From an uncultured virus (IMG/VR IMGVR_UViG_3300022552_000006) (lineage: Duplodnaviria; Heunggongvirae; Uroviricota; Caudoviricetes), in the IMG/VR virus record IMGVR_UViG_3300022552_000006: a stretch of 64,000 nt of DNA, one strand, 5' to 3'. The notes beneath the pieces are model-generated. The model saw only the letters and a list, made by a program, of their open reading frames with translations. It did not search any database and was not told the DNA's origin. Numbering within the stretch: position 1 is the stretch's first letter; every line of letters begins with the position of its first letter. Positions 9,947 through 20,318 of the stretch are shown piece by piece. A program made the position numbers and the translations under genes.

Positions 9947-10593
9947 TTTCACACACCATTAAAGAAGTATTGTAATAAATCTAATAGAAGACCCTCATCA
10001 TATTGCTCTAATATCTCTCTTATATGTCTTTTAGATTTCTTTGATTCTCTCTTTATTTCTCTTATTAGCTCTTTTGTATCTTTTTCAAATTGTTTAAAAG
10101 CACCGCAACCTCTACAATCTTCAAAATCTAAACATGCTCTCATATAGTATGTTCCTTTCCATTTTCCATAATCACAGCGAACTTTGTTTTTTCTAATTTC
10201 TATTATTTTTCTTGCTACCAATTCAAATCACCCCTAAAGGATTCCACTCATAAATTTGTTTTTCACAAAAAATACAATATGCCCTGAAATATGGCTTCTT
10301 TATTCCTACATCTACAATTAAACCATTTCTTTTGCATTCTGGACATATTACATTAAATATTTTTGTTGTTCTTATTTTCATTTTTCACTCACCACTTTAT
10401 ATTTTTTTAAAATTTCAATCGCTTGATTGACTAATTCTTCATTATCTCCACAATCAGTATCAAAACCCCATCTTCTCCAACCAGATTTTTTGCTATAATC
10501 TTGTTCTTTCGCACTAACCAAATCTAAAATTTTGTTTATTGCTTTTTTCAATCGTGTTTCAAACTTCATTGGTATCACCACTTTTTTTGATTT

Positions 10594-12933
10594 CTATGAA
10601 ATTATTTTGCTCAATATTTCAGCAGCATGCGGATCTTTTATCCTTATTTCATTATAAAACTGCTTAAGGTCTTCCATAGTCAGTTCTGGGAAAACAGGCG
10701 TTTCTTTGTCTCTTGACCTCCATCTCACCTTTCGCTTGTCTGTGGGGTCGTAGCCCTTTTCCCGCAGAAGATAACCTTTAGCGTCAAGCATCTTAAGCAT
10801 TTTTGCAGTTTTGTCGGTGCCCCATCCCATTAGCGCTGCCATTTTAGCTATTGTAATGTCTTCCCCATTTCTTTCCACTTCTTGGCACTTTTTGTATAGC
10901 TTGCGCAATTTTTCGCTTCCTTCAAATATGAGTAAGAAGCTCTTTTCAAGCAATTTTTTTACCAAATTATAATCGTCAAGCGTGGCAACTATATAAACCT
11001 TGCCATTGATTTCAATTTTCGGTCTCTGGAACTGGTGGAGCCATGCAGACAGCTTGATAAACTCCTTAATTTTTGGGAAATCCCTCCTTAATCGCACATA
11101 CTCACTAGCCACTTTAATCTTTCTTGCGAGAATAAGCGAATAAGGATTTATAACGCCTTTATACCTACTTTTAAGCAAGCGTATGGCGTCTTTTATAAGT
11201 TCTTTCCTGTCTGCAACATGTATGCCCGGATGGATGTCTTCTTCTGCCTGAAATTCAAGAATAGCTTTTGTCTGCTCTGCTGAATCATTGCATTCAAGTC
11301 TCCATGTCCTTGACATAAATTCCTTGTCAAGCTGAAGCTGTGTGGATGCACAAGCAAAAACAGGCACGCCGTGTGCCTGCAGCTTTCTGTGAACATTTCT
11401 TCCTTGAGAATCTTTATCCACGATATCGGCACTAACGCCTTTCTGATCTCCTGACATTAAAGGTCTTAAAGTGATTATGGCTTCTTGCGCACCTTCAAAT
11501 TCTTGAACAACAATTATTTTACCGTCGATATTAGGCATCATTACTCCATCAATTTCTATTTTGGGAATATTTGGGTCTTCAGCAAAAATGTAGTTGAGGG
11601 CTTTCGGCGAGATGCTCGTGGATTTCAATAGAATATCCTCATCTGGTATGAAATCAAGAACCTGATTAAGAAGGTATGTTTTCCCGATGGATGTTTCCCC
11701 ACTTAGTTGAGGATGAATACGCGTATCAGTATAAGCAGACAAATAGCTCAAAAACAAAAGGAACCTGTTCTCGCGTTCATTTACAATTACTTTATCAAAT
11801 TCCTTTTGTATTTCGTCATATAAATTATTTGATTGGAGAAACTGCATGGCGTCGGCGTACATCTGTTCATTGAGCTTACAAGGGCAATCTGGGCCATGTA
11901 CCCCTAGCCGAGTAAGTATATTTATGGCTCTCATGTCAAAATAGATGTAGGGCTGTCTTTTATACCAATCTACCCAATCTTTGAGCTCCTTTACAGAAAA
12001 GTTTGTTAATCCACCTCTGTCAACACAAGCATTGTGATATGTTTTCAGAATAGTCATTGTATCTTCATCCGATAAGTCATCCAATGCACAACACAAAGCT
12101 ACAATTCCAGCACCATCGTGTCTCATTCCTTCGTCAACACCTTCATGGATTAATTTCTGGACACATGGTAATGTTGTATAAGCGCCTTCAAACTTCTGTA
12201 TGACTTTGGGTTTTTCTTCTTCAATAGAACTCATCACAAATTTGTTTATTATTGCCTTTATTTTGCCTTTTGGTACAATCCAGTATTCAATGGATTCGGG
12301 ATATTTAACTTTGTTTAAGTCATAAACACGCTCTTTTCGTTTTGGTATATCATCAATTAAAGTCTTATATGCCCACTTGACATTTCCAAGCTCATCTTTT
12401 CCAGCATTTTTCCTGCCGCCAAATTCCCTTACCAGATGCCCCTTGCTCTCATCTGAAAAATTCACACAAGAGTCGTCAAATGGTTTTCCCTTTCCCATAT
12501 AGTTTCTGTCAATGCCAGACTGAAGTACAATCTCATGCCATAAGTATGTCCTTATTTGCCTCTCCTGAAAGCCTTTCTTGTATGCATTTTTTAATAAGTC
12601 GCTTACTTCCTCATCCAGCGTAAGCTTGTAGAATATGTGAATGTGTATGCCTTTGCCCCCTGTATCGGCAAGAATAAACGGGATTCTTTGTTCCCTCAAA
12701 TAAGTTATTATTTTGGAGCCGAACTTTCTGGTATTGCTCCAGTCGGTAAAGTCCAAGTCAATGACTATTTCATTCTGCAAAACTGTTCTGTAATCTATCG
12801 GAAAGTCTGCCTGCGATAGGGGAACCCATATTCCTATGGGCCATGTTTCATCAGGAGCCCTATAGTGGTTGCTAACTAAAATTGGCTTACCCTTATTTAC
12901 TTTTTTAATTTTTTCTATCCATTTTTCTTGCAT
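10594..12933 (-). CDS. Primase-helicase: AEP primase domain, primase C-terminal domain, P-loop ATPase and C-terminal winged helix
   Basis: IVIDLD and TGGKGIHIH (AEP motifs I/II), LPCV...GMRH, Walker A GETSIGKT, Walker B IIVVQE, EFMSR arginine finger. Confidence 0.85.
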   Translation of the reverse strand: MQEKWIEKIKKVNKGKPILVSNHYRAPDETWPIGIWVPLSQADFPIDYRTVLQNEIVIDLDFTDWSNTRKFGSKIITYLREQRIPFILADTGGKGIHIHIFYKLTLDEEVSDLLKNAYKKGFQERQIRTYLWHEIVLQSGIDRNYMGKGKPFDDSCVNFSDESKGHLVREFGGRKNAGKDELGNVKWAYKTLIDDIPKRKERVYDLNKVKYPESIEYWIVPKGKIKAIINKFVMSSIEEEKPKVIQKFEGAYTTLPCVQKLIHEGVDEGMRHDGAGIVALCCALDDLSDEDTMTILKTYHNACVDRGGLTNFSVKELKDWVDWYKRQPYIYFDMRAINILTRLGVHGPDCPCKLNEQMYADAMQFLQSNNLYDEIQKEFDKVIVNERENRFLLFLSYLSAYTDTRIHPQLSGETSIGKTYLLNQVLDFIPDEDILLKSTSISPKALNYIFAEDPNIPKIEIDGVMMPNIDGKIIVVQEFEGAQEAIITLRPLMSGDQKGVSADIVDKDSQGRNVHRKLQAHGVPVFACASTQLQLDKEFMSRTWRLECNDSAEQTKAILEFQAEEDIHPGIHVADRKELIKDAIRLLKSRYKGVINPYSLILARKIKVASEYVRLRRDFPKIKEFIKLSAWLHQFQRPKIEINGKVYIVATLDDYNLVKKLLEKSFLLIFEGSEKLRKLYKKCQEVERNGEDITIAKMAALMGWGTDKTAKMLKMLDAKGYLLREKGYDPTDKRKVRWRSRDKETPVFPELTMEDLKQFYNEIRIKDPHAAEILSKIIS

Positions 12934-13603
12934 TTATCTCACGCGCCTTTTCGCATTCTTTCTGGTATATGCAGTAATTGCATTCCCACTTTCTTTCCGG
13001 ATTTTCCCATGATTCAGGAGGCGGAAGGATGTCTTCAGTAAGATAGGTATGGATATTCCGCGCCCGTCTAAATATTTCTTCGAGTACATTCCAATCAAAT
13101 TTAACATCAAATGATTTTGTCTCAAGTGAATATGGATCAATATATATGACTTTTCCATCGCAATTCTCAAGCATAAGATATGGCATAATTTGCATCAAAT
13201 GAAAAGGTTTAATCGATTCTTGCCTCCACACATTAGATGTTGTCTTGATTTCAAGTATATATTTCTGGACTTTATTTCTGACAATAACAAAATCATCTAC
13301 TCTTCCGCGCAAAATTAGCTTTGATTTAAAATCTGGAATGATAATCCGTGCTTCCTCTTCCATATAGCTTATCTTATCGCTTTGTTTCAAAATATTTGCA
13401 ATCCAAGTGTGAAGAATATTTCCGCGTTCGAATATGCGTATTGTCTTTTTGCTGTGCTTTTTCGGAATCTTATATGTATACCATAACTTTCGGATACAAT
13501 ATGGAATTTCAGAAATGTAATATATGCCTATTTTTCTATCCCATAAATCTTTTGCAAGTACATCATCGATTATTTGATTGATATCCATGCTATAAACCTC
13601 CAC
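12905..13603 (-). CDS. Solo Cas4-like PD-(D/E)XK exonuclease
   Basis: YCIRKLWY, GNILH, GRVD, LEIKT, Q..PY and C-terminal CNYC...C (four-Cys Fe-S pattern). Confidence 0.85.
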   Translation of the reverse strand: MEVYSMDINQIIDDVLAKDLWDRKIGIYYISEIPYCIRKLWYTYKIPKKHSKKTIRIFERGNILHTWIANILKQSDKISYMEEEARIIIPDFKSKLILRGRVDDFVIVRNKVQKYILEIKTTSNVWRQESIKPFHLMQIMPYLMLENCDGKVIYIDPYSLETKSFDVKFDWNVLEEIFRRARNIHTYLTEDILPPPESWENPERKWECNYCIYQKECEKAREINARKMDRKN

Positions 13604-13796
13604 CTATTCTTAAGTTGCATAAACGCAATTTTTTGGTTGTAGAAATGTTTGACAGATGTGGTGGTGTTAAACCCAGCTGGAACAGAAAACCTTTTGAACT
13701 TATATAGCTTCTTACGCCAGACAAACACAATCGAATCATTCGTGATTCTTACAGTTTGCGGGCTGTTACGAAATTTTTGAACCAATTTATTCCAGC

Positions 13797-14084
13797 TCAT
13801 AATGTGGCACCACACTTATTACATTTTTCTATATGCGAACCTTTTGGAAACCAGTTATAATAACCACACTTCGAACAACGGATATAATCCATAAAAGAAT
13901 AATCAGAAATTTTCACAATTTTTTCATTAAATATGATTGTTGGAACGCCGTTATGCTCGACGACTATAAGCTTGTCATCTTCTTTCAGCAGTTTGCCAGT
14001 TAAAATAGCAACAGAAGTCGGAGTGTCGTTGTATGTTACCTTAACAACTTTATTGATAAATTGCTCCCAAACCATTCGAACCAA
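13797..14084 (-). CDS. Sm/LSm-like small protein with C-terminal Zn ribbon
   Basis: INKVVKV...TGKLL..D..LIV pattern followed by CSKCG...CNKCG. Confidence 0.45.
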   Translation of the reverse strand: MVRMVWEQFINKVVKVTYNDTPTSVAILTGKLLKEDDKLIVVEHNGVPTIIFNEKIVKISDYSFMDYIRCSKCGYYNWFPKGSHIEKCNKCGATL

Positions 14085-14169
14085 CTCAAACAGTGATTAA
14101 TTAGAAAAAGAAAATTTAATCAATTTATATTGTGTATCATATAAATTAAATGGGGATGTCAAAGCTTAC

Positions 14170-15075
14170 CTATATAGAACAATGAAGATCCCACCTATCC
14201 CCATAAAATTTTATTTTAGCCACACCTTTTTTTCCTGGCTTATAGTTTTTTCTTTCTGCATAAGAATCTTCATAGTTTAGAAAGTGACCAGTTAAAACAT
14301 AATATTTCTTTTTCTTTTCAACAATTTTCTTTTTGTAGTTAATCTTTCTCCTTTCTTCAGTTTGGACTGCAAGGTCGTGAACATGACCATACAGTATTAA
14401 GTCGCTATCCACATATTCTCCTATTCGCCTGACCGCCCTTAATTTTCCTTCGGGCGTCCACGCACCCGAGCTGCCATGCGTTGCATAAATTGAATAATTT
14501 TGCTTCCCGACTTTTAGTTTTGTAAAACAAGCAAAGCCAAGATATTTTGTATCAAGCTCTTTGGCCATCATCTTTGTTATATTTATGCCGGATTCTTTCC
14601 AGATGCGATATTCATGGTTTCCGTATAACAATCCGAAGATGTTTTTTTTAATAGGTTCAAGATATTCAATCATCTCCTCAAATTCAGTCATTGGGTTGCC
14701 TACTTCAGAATAAATGTCAGAAACAGAAGATTTTGTCCCGGCATTAATGAGGTCACCCATTCCTATAACTTGGCTACCTGATTCTTCAATGTACTGCAAG
14801 GTGCCCTCAAACAATTTTTTGTCGCAGGATTTGTCACCAAGATGGACATCGCCAAGCGGGATCAATTTAACTTCGTCTTGGTTAAAATTTTTGACAATAA
14901 GCCTCGGCGATTTGTGGCTCGTGGATTCAAGTTCTTTTTCCAGTTTATCAAGCATAACATTAACTTCACTTTCTGGCATATTTTTTATGAGTTTCATAAT
15001 TTTTTTTTCTTTGCTCATAGACATAACCGCTTTGAACATAAAAGCGTGGTTTGATCTGGGCTCAAATAACACCAC
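14170..15075 (-). CDS. Calcineurin-like metallophosphoesterase (true start probably near 15018-15024)
   Basis: GDVHLG, GMGD, GNHE, THG and GHVH motifs. Confidence 0.9.
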   Translation of the reverse strand: MVLFEPRSNHAFMFKAVMSMSKEKKIMKLIKNMPESEVNVMLDKLEKELESTSHKSPRLIVKNFNQDEVKLIPLGDVHLGDKSCDKKLFEGTLQYIEESGSQVIGMGDLINAGTKSSVSDIYSEVGNPMTEFEEMIEYLEPIKKNIFGLLYGNHEYRIWKESGINITKMMAKELDTKYLGFACFTKLKVGKQNYSIYATHGSSGAWTPEGKLRAVRRIGEYVDSDLILYGHVHDLAVQTEERRKINYKKKIVEKKKKYYVLTGHFLNYEDSYAERKNYKPGKKGVAKIKFYGDRWDLHCSI

Positions 15076-15567
15076 ATTTTTCCATCCTTTTTTCTATACC
15101 AGTTTTGAACTCTGTTACAAAAACTTTTTCTTGCTGACTCTTCCCAGCGCTTGGTTGAATGATGCCATGACTTTTCAGGTTGTTTCCACTCTTTTTCTAT
15201 GCTGTTCCATTTCCTGCTGGCTTTTGCATGCGATAAGTTAATTTTATGTTCGAATATGACATACAAAGTAAATATGCAGAGTAATAAAAATACAAACAGA
15301 ATCAAACCGTATCTAACATTATTCCTTTTCTTTTTCATAACACCGCCCATAATAAAACAAATCCTTCATAGGCACCGCCTCGGGATTTTGCAGGTTGTTA
15401 GTTATAGCACTGCTATTCTAAAGCAGTGAAACAAATACATTGTATATTCCGTAGGCAAAACCTGCAAAGATTCCCAGCTCGACAACTTTTAAAAGATTGT
15501 CGATGGTCTTTTCAGTCATTTTGTTTTCACCTCCAAATCGAAATTAAGGTAGACGAATATTTAAATG

Positions 15568-16608
15568 TTAATTAATCGACAATTGGCGAATTTTTTGGCT
15601 TATCATTCTTCCTATATCTTCAACAACATTTACAGTAACAGCATTTCCTACTGTTTTGTATCTGCGTGTATCGGATAACATCGCAGTCCAACCATCTGAA
15701 AAACCTTGTAAACGTTCTATCTCTATCGGGGTAAGACGACGAATATATGGATAAGTTTGTCCTCTTTCAATTGGATATAACACTAAATTATCTTTTGGAA
15801 CAGATGTAATTGAATAAGTAATATCATCTTTTTTTATTTCTGGATGATTTCCTTTGCCAGCGAGTGTACGATAGCGATCAGCTATAATTGATATTTTTTT
15901 TATTTTGTAACAATCAAGTCTTTCAACTATTCGCTTGACTGATTTTTTAGGTAAATAGTATTTTTTGTCTACCTGCTTTTTAAGTATATCAATTAGCGTT
16001 ATTTGTTTTTCTTTTCTTGGAAATATTGGAAACACCCCACCAAATTTTGTTTGTAAGTTTTTAGATCTTTTCCAAGCGAATATAAAAACTCGTTCTCTAT
16101 TTTGTGGAACACCGAAGTCTTTAGAGTTAAGCACTTGCCATTCCGCATCATACCCAAGCTCATCCAGCGTGGCAAGGATTGTAGCAAATGTTTGTCCTTT
16201 GTTGTTAGATAGAAGCCCTTTGACGTTCTCAAGAAGAAGAAAGTGTGGTTGTTTTTCCCTAGCGCACCTAGCGATTTCAAAAAATAATGTGCCTCTTGTA
16301 TCCAAAAATCCTTTTCTTTTTCCAGCCACCGAGAAAGATTGGCAAGGGAAGCCCGCACAGAGGAGGTCAAAGTCTGGCTGCTTGCTCCAGTCAATTGTAG
16401 CAACATCTATTGGCTTATAGTTTTCTCCGAAGTTTTGGTTATAGCATTGGACTGCATATCTATCGATTTCTGCGTATCCAACGCATTTGAAGTCTCCTGC
16501 CTTTTCGAGCCCGAGGCGAAATCCACCAATTCCACCAAACATATCAAAGAAAGTAATTTTTTTCAATATCAACCATCTCTTTTTTCGGATTCTAATTGTA
16601 TATCGCAA
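15568..16608 (-). CDS. dcm: DNA (cytosine-5)-methyltransferase
   Basis: FGGIGG, GFPCQ, ENVKG, QNRER, RRLTP.E..RLQGF and YK..GN motifs. Confidence 0.95.
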   Translation of the reverse strand: MRYTIRIRKKRWLILKKITFFDMFGGIGGFRLGLEKAGDFKCVGYAEIDRYAVQCYNQNFGENYKPIDVATIDWSKQPDFDLLCAGFPCQSFSVAGKRKGFLDTRGTLFFEIARCAREKQPHFLLLENVKGLLSNNKGQTFATILATLDELGYDAEWQVLNSKDFGVPQNRERVFIFAWKRSKNLQTKFGGVFPIFPRKEKQITLIDILKKQVDKKYYLPKKSVKRIVERLDCYKIKKISIIADRYRTLAGKGNHPEIKKDDITYSITSVPKDNLVLYPIERGQTYPYIRRLTPIEIERLQGFSDGWTAMLSDTRRYKTVGNAVTVNVVEDIGRMISQKIRQLSIN

Positions 16609-17026
16609 TACATATGTAATTATATATTTAATTTTTTAAATTATTTTAGTTGCTTCATCACACAAATCTATTTAAATTCATTTTCCAAAATTATGAATAG
16701 ATTTAAGTCCCATGTGTGGGCAACGCATGGCTTCCAATCCTCTATTCATAAATTTTGAGAGGAATTTTGCTGGTTGCCGGATGCAACACTTAAACCCCGG
16801 GAAGTGTAATGGCAACCAGCTCTAATTGGTTGGTCAACATGGATGTCGAAGAATACAAAAAACGATATAAAAATTTAACCAGACCCGATCTTATCGCGCT
16901 TGCCGAAAAACAGAGAAAAAGGATCGCGGAAGCCAAAAGAGTTCTAAAGGCAATTGAAGACTTGATTATTTACAGGACATTGGTATTACAAAGTACGCAG
17001 ATTGCCCAGACCGAAAATGATTTGCC

Positions 17027-17416
17027 TTAAACCCACTTAATTGATTTTGGGCATCTACCTCTAACTTTTAAAGACTTCCAATGATATCTGTTTCCAAATC
17101 TGAAGTTTATAACAAAATATGATGGTATAGGTATTTTCTTTAGCCTATTCCATTCATCTATAGCCCTTTTATCAAAGTAAAAATATTCCCCCTTAACAGA
17201 CTTAACTTGTTCTAACCAAACTTTATACATGCCAAACAATGGCACATATTCAACCACAATTAAATCCATAGCGCCTATAGAACCTGACACCCTAAAAGCA
17301 ATTCTATTTTCAAATTTATTATGATAGAGTGTCCTGACTCTTTCGCTAACATATCCCCTTTTCATGAATTTTCGCCGCCATTCATCTATAGGTCGCATAC
17401 CATATAGAAGTGTCAA
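17027..17416 (-). CDS. Hjc-like Holliday junction resolvase / PD-(D/E)XK nuclease
   Basis: GY.SE, FRVSGS.G..DLI and EQVKS motifs. Confidence 0.65.
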   Translation of the reverse strand: MTLLYGMRPIDEWRRKFMKRGYVSERVRTLYHNKFENRIAFRVSGSIGAMDLIVVEYVPLFGMYKVWLEQVKSVKGEYFYFDKRAIDEWNRLKKIPIPSYFVINFRFGNRYHWKSLKVRGRCPKSIKWV

Positions 17417-17474
17417 AAACTGTTGTCATTGGATCCTGCCATTCATTTTTTATATTCATGTTATAATTATTACA

Positions 17475-17863
17475 TTTTCCCGTATAAAAAGCTCACATTT
17501 TCGTCATTCGCGAAACGCGAAACGCGTAATCTGAGCTTTTTGTAGGGGAAAATCGATTTTCCTATACAAATATATCAGATAATGGGGTTATCAAATCTTT
17601 TTGTATAGGAAAATGCATTTTCCCCCTCAAAAAGCGCATTTTTCCCTACAAAAATATCAGATAGATATATAAGCGACAGGGTAAGTAGGGAATTCGTTTA
17701 ATTTCATCTAAAAAACATTAAACAGACAACCGGAATTACTTATCGCTGATATATGCGTCTGATATTTTTGCGCAGAAAAGTGAGCTTTTTGTAGGGGAAA
17801 ATCGATTTTCCCCCTCAAAAAGATTTAATAACCACATTATCTGATACTTTTGTATAGGAAAAT
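17475..17863. other. Candidate replication origin: about 106-bp imperfect inverted repeat built from reiterated TTTTTGTA(G/T)(G/A)GGAAAA boxes
   Basis: Arms 17556-17661 and 17758-17863; palindromes GGAAAATCGATTTTCC (17547, 17796) and GGAAAATGCATTTTCC (17608); lies at a divergent transcription point beside replication genes. Confidence 0.7.
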
Positions 17864-17948
17864 ACAATATGTATACTAAATTGCACATATTATTATATAT
17901 TGCGAATTGTAATACATATAATACCAAACAGAAAAGGTGAAATACAAT

Positions 17949-18209
17949 ATGCAAAACAGATACATCGGAAAACGTAGAATACAAAAAATCTTTACTGATG
18001 AAGGCATCGAACCACCTGCAATATCTGCAGAAGCAATAACCGAATTAAATGAATTATTACTAAATGCTATCGAGCAGATAATGCTATATGCCAATGAATA
18101 CAGAATTGCAACAAATCCGAAAAGAAGATTGAGTACAAGAGATATTGAACTTGGATATAAAAAATATATAAAAGAAGAGGTGAAACAAAATGGAAGGAAA
18201 ACCACTTGA
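17949..18209 (+). CDS. Histone-fold protein (archaeal HMf-like)
   Basis: IGKRRIQKIFTDEG / AISAEAITELNELL / KRRLSTRDIELG align by eye with HMf alpha1, L1-alpha2 and L2-alpha3 (RKTIKAEDIELA). Confidence 0.75.
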   Translation: MQNRYIGKRRIQKIFTDEGIEPPAISAEAITELNELLLNAIEQIMLYANEYRIATNPKRRLSTRDIELGYKKYIKEEVKQNGRKTT

Positions 18210-18774
18210 AGATAGTCCAGACTTCTCTCCTGTTGTAATACCAGATGGAATTTACAAAGCAAAAGTTAAGGCTTATAGAACAAATGTACATCCACAATAT
18301 GGAGAAAGCTTGATTATTGATTTCGAAATTACAGAGGGAGAACATGCTGGTAAAATAATAGGAGGGTTTGCTAGCTGGAAAAAAGTAACCAAGAAAACAA
18401 AGTTATATAAATGGGCCGTGAAACTTGGTGCAAAGGTTCCAACAGTCATAGGCGAAACATTTGATCCAGATAACCTTATAGGCAAAGAAGGTAGAATCTT
18501 GACTATGCAAATACAAAAAATTGACAGAGACGGCAAACCATTTTTCCAAAGCATTGTCAAGGATGTGTTGGGTGCTGAGGGAACTCCAGCACCCTCTTCC
18601 CAACAACAACCTATGACAGACAAGTTCAGTTTGCTTAAACAATTTCAAGGTAAAACTTTTACAGAAGAGGACTTACATTCAGTGGGCTTCTCTGATAGTG
18701 AAATACAATTCTTGAAATCAATGGGATATATCTATGAGCCAAAACCAGGAGAGTTAAAGCTTATTTCAGGATGA
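18190..18774 (+). CDS. Single-stranded DNA-binding protein (DUF669-like OB fold) with RPA32-like C-terminal winged helix
   Basis: IPDGIYKAKV...FEITEGEHAG...LIGKEG; C-terminal GYIYEPKPG. Confidence 0.7.
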   Translation: MEGKPLEDSPDFSPVVIPDGIYKAKVKAYRTNVHPQYGESLIIDFEITEGEHAGKIIGGFASWKKVTKKTKLYKWAVKLGAKVPTVIGETFDPDNLIGKEGRILTMQIQKIDRDGKPFFQSIVKDVLGAEGTPAPSSQQQPMTDKFSLLKQFQGKTFTEEDLHSVGFSDSEIQFLKSMGYIYEPKPGELKLISG

Positions 18775-19351
18775 TATATATGAAAATACTTTGGGACCTT
18801 AAATGCCCAATACACGATATACCATTAATTGCGCATAATGACATCTTTGCAAAGTGCCCTAAATGTAACTGTTCCTTTATTCAGGAAGAAGTGCGTAACC
18901 CATATAGAAGGCAAAAATTAAGAGAAAAAATGTTGAATGAAGAGGTGGTTTAAATTGGATAAATATACTGAAGTAGCAATAAAGTTTGCTTCTGGCAACG
19001 ATATAAAGATGCAACTTTATGAAACAGATTTGCTAAATAGGTTAATACCGTTGTTCAGGAAAAGGACTGTAGGAAGTTTTTATTATAACGGAAAGCGATA
19101 TATACTTAACTTCAATAATGTTGATATGATTACAGTCCAACGCAAAACAGAGCTTGGGGGAGAACTATGATTTACAAAAAAGAATTGCTATTGCTTATGC
19201 CGGACTTGTCCAGCGAAGAGTTTAGCCAGTTCATAACAGACTTGGACAAGACATTTCAAAAGCATGGCATAGAAGGTTGGATTCTGAAAGACAGTCCAAA
19301 TAAAACTGAAGAGGAATTTACTTACGAGTGGAGATAACTCTTAAGGTGAAA

Positions 19352-19458
19352 GCAGAATGGTAGAGAGGTTAAACGCTTGTAGCTATCATCCTTCGCAAGA
19401 GGGAAGAATACAAGCGGAGTGGGAGATAGGAACCCGCACCACAATCGAAGCCATCTGC
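19352..19458 (+). ncRNA. Candidate structured RNA (multi-stem junction with possible loop-loop pairing)
   Basis: GCAGA-A-TGGT/GCCATCTGC, CGCTTGTA/TACAAGCG, TCCTTC-GCAA-GAGGGA and GTGGG/CCCGC helices; intergenic and GC-rich. Confidence 0.6.
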
Positions 19459-19640
19459 CACAAAAGGATAACAACATCGGAGGCGATTGAATGTTAGTAC
19501 ATATAATAGCAAAATGGTTGCTTGCAATAACATCTATGCTTTTTTTCCTCGTGGCGGGAAAGGAAATTGGAGACAATAGAGTATTTACATTTTTCTTTTT
19601 TGCAGGAATTTTATCTTTAACAGTATCAGAGTTGATGTAA

Positions 19641-19970
19641 ATGGCAACTATTAAAGATATGAAGAATAAGCCAAATTCAGCTTTTTTGCAGTTTTTTGGC
19701 AAAAAACCCAGAATAAGGGTCCTCGATTTCTTTTTGACATATCCAAAGTTTAGCTATTCCAAATCCAGAGTTGCGAGGTTAACAGGAGTTTCGAGAATAA
19801 CAATGGATAAGATATGGGACGACCTGATCAAAAAGAAAATAATTGTTAAGACAGGAGAAACAAAGAAAGGGAGTTTGTATAAGCTAAATGTATACAATCC
19901 TGTTGTAAAAGCTCTACTCGAGTTTGATTTGGAATTAGCTTCTTTATATAATAGAAGTGATGATAAATGA
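19641..19970 (+). CDS. Winged-helix transcription regulator (archaeal type)
   Basis: FGKKPRIRVLDFFL...YSKSRVARLTGVSRIT...LYKLN. Confidence 0.75.
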   Translation: MATIKDMKNKPNSAFLQFFGKKPRIRVLDFFLTYPKFSYSKSRVARLTGVSRITMDKIWDDLIKKKIIVKTGETKKGSLYKLNVYNPVVKALLEFDLELASLYNRSDDK

Positions 19971-20318
19971 AGATTAAATCTAAAGAATTTTGGCTCGATT
20001 TGTTTGAAAAAGATAGATTCATAGATACAAAAAACTGGAAAGAAACAATCCCGGCTTTGATGATAATTGGTGCTTTGCATTTCGGCACAACTGAAAATGC
20101 AAAAAAGAAAATAATGAAGTGGATGAAACTAAAATATGTTTATGGGATGAAAGGAAAAGTATTATACTTTTTTAGATGTTGGAATAGATTGGTGAAAAAT
20201 GGAGTCTTTCGCAACGGGAAAGTTTATGCAGAGTTCACTGATGACACTGCTGCAATTGAGCTTGCATTGTTAATCTCTGTTGCACAAGGATATATAAAAA
20301 GATTTGACAGCAAATAGT

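Noticed and set aside
12905..13603. CRISPR-Cas locus suggested by Cas4
   Set aside because: No other cas genes and no repeat-spacer array were seen; solo Cas4-like nucleases are common in archaeal viruses
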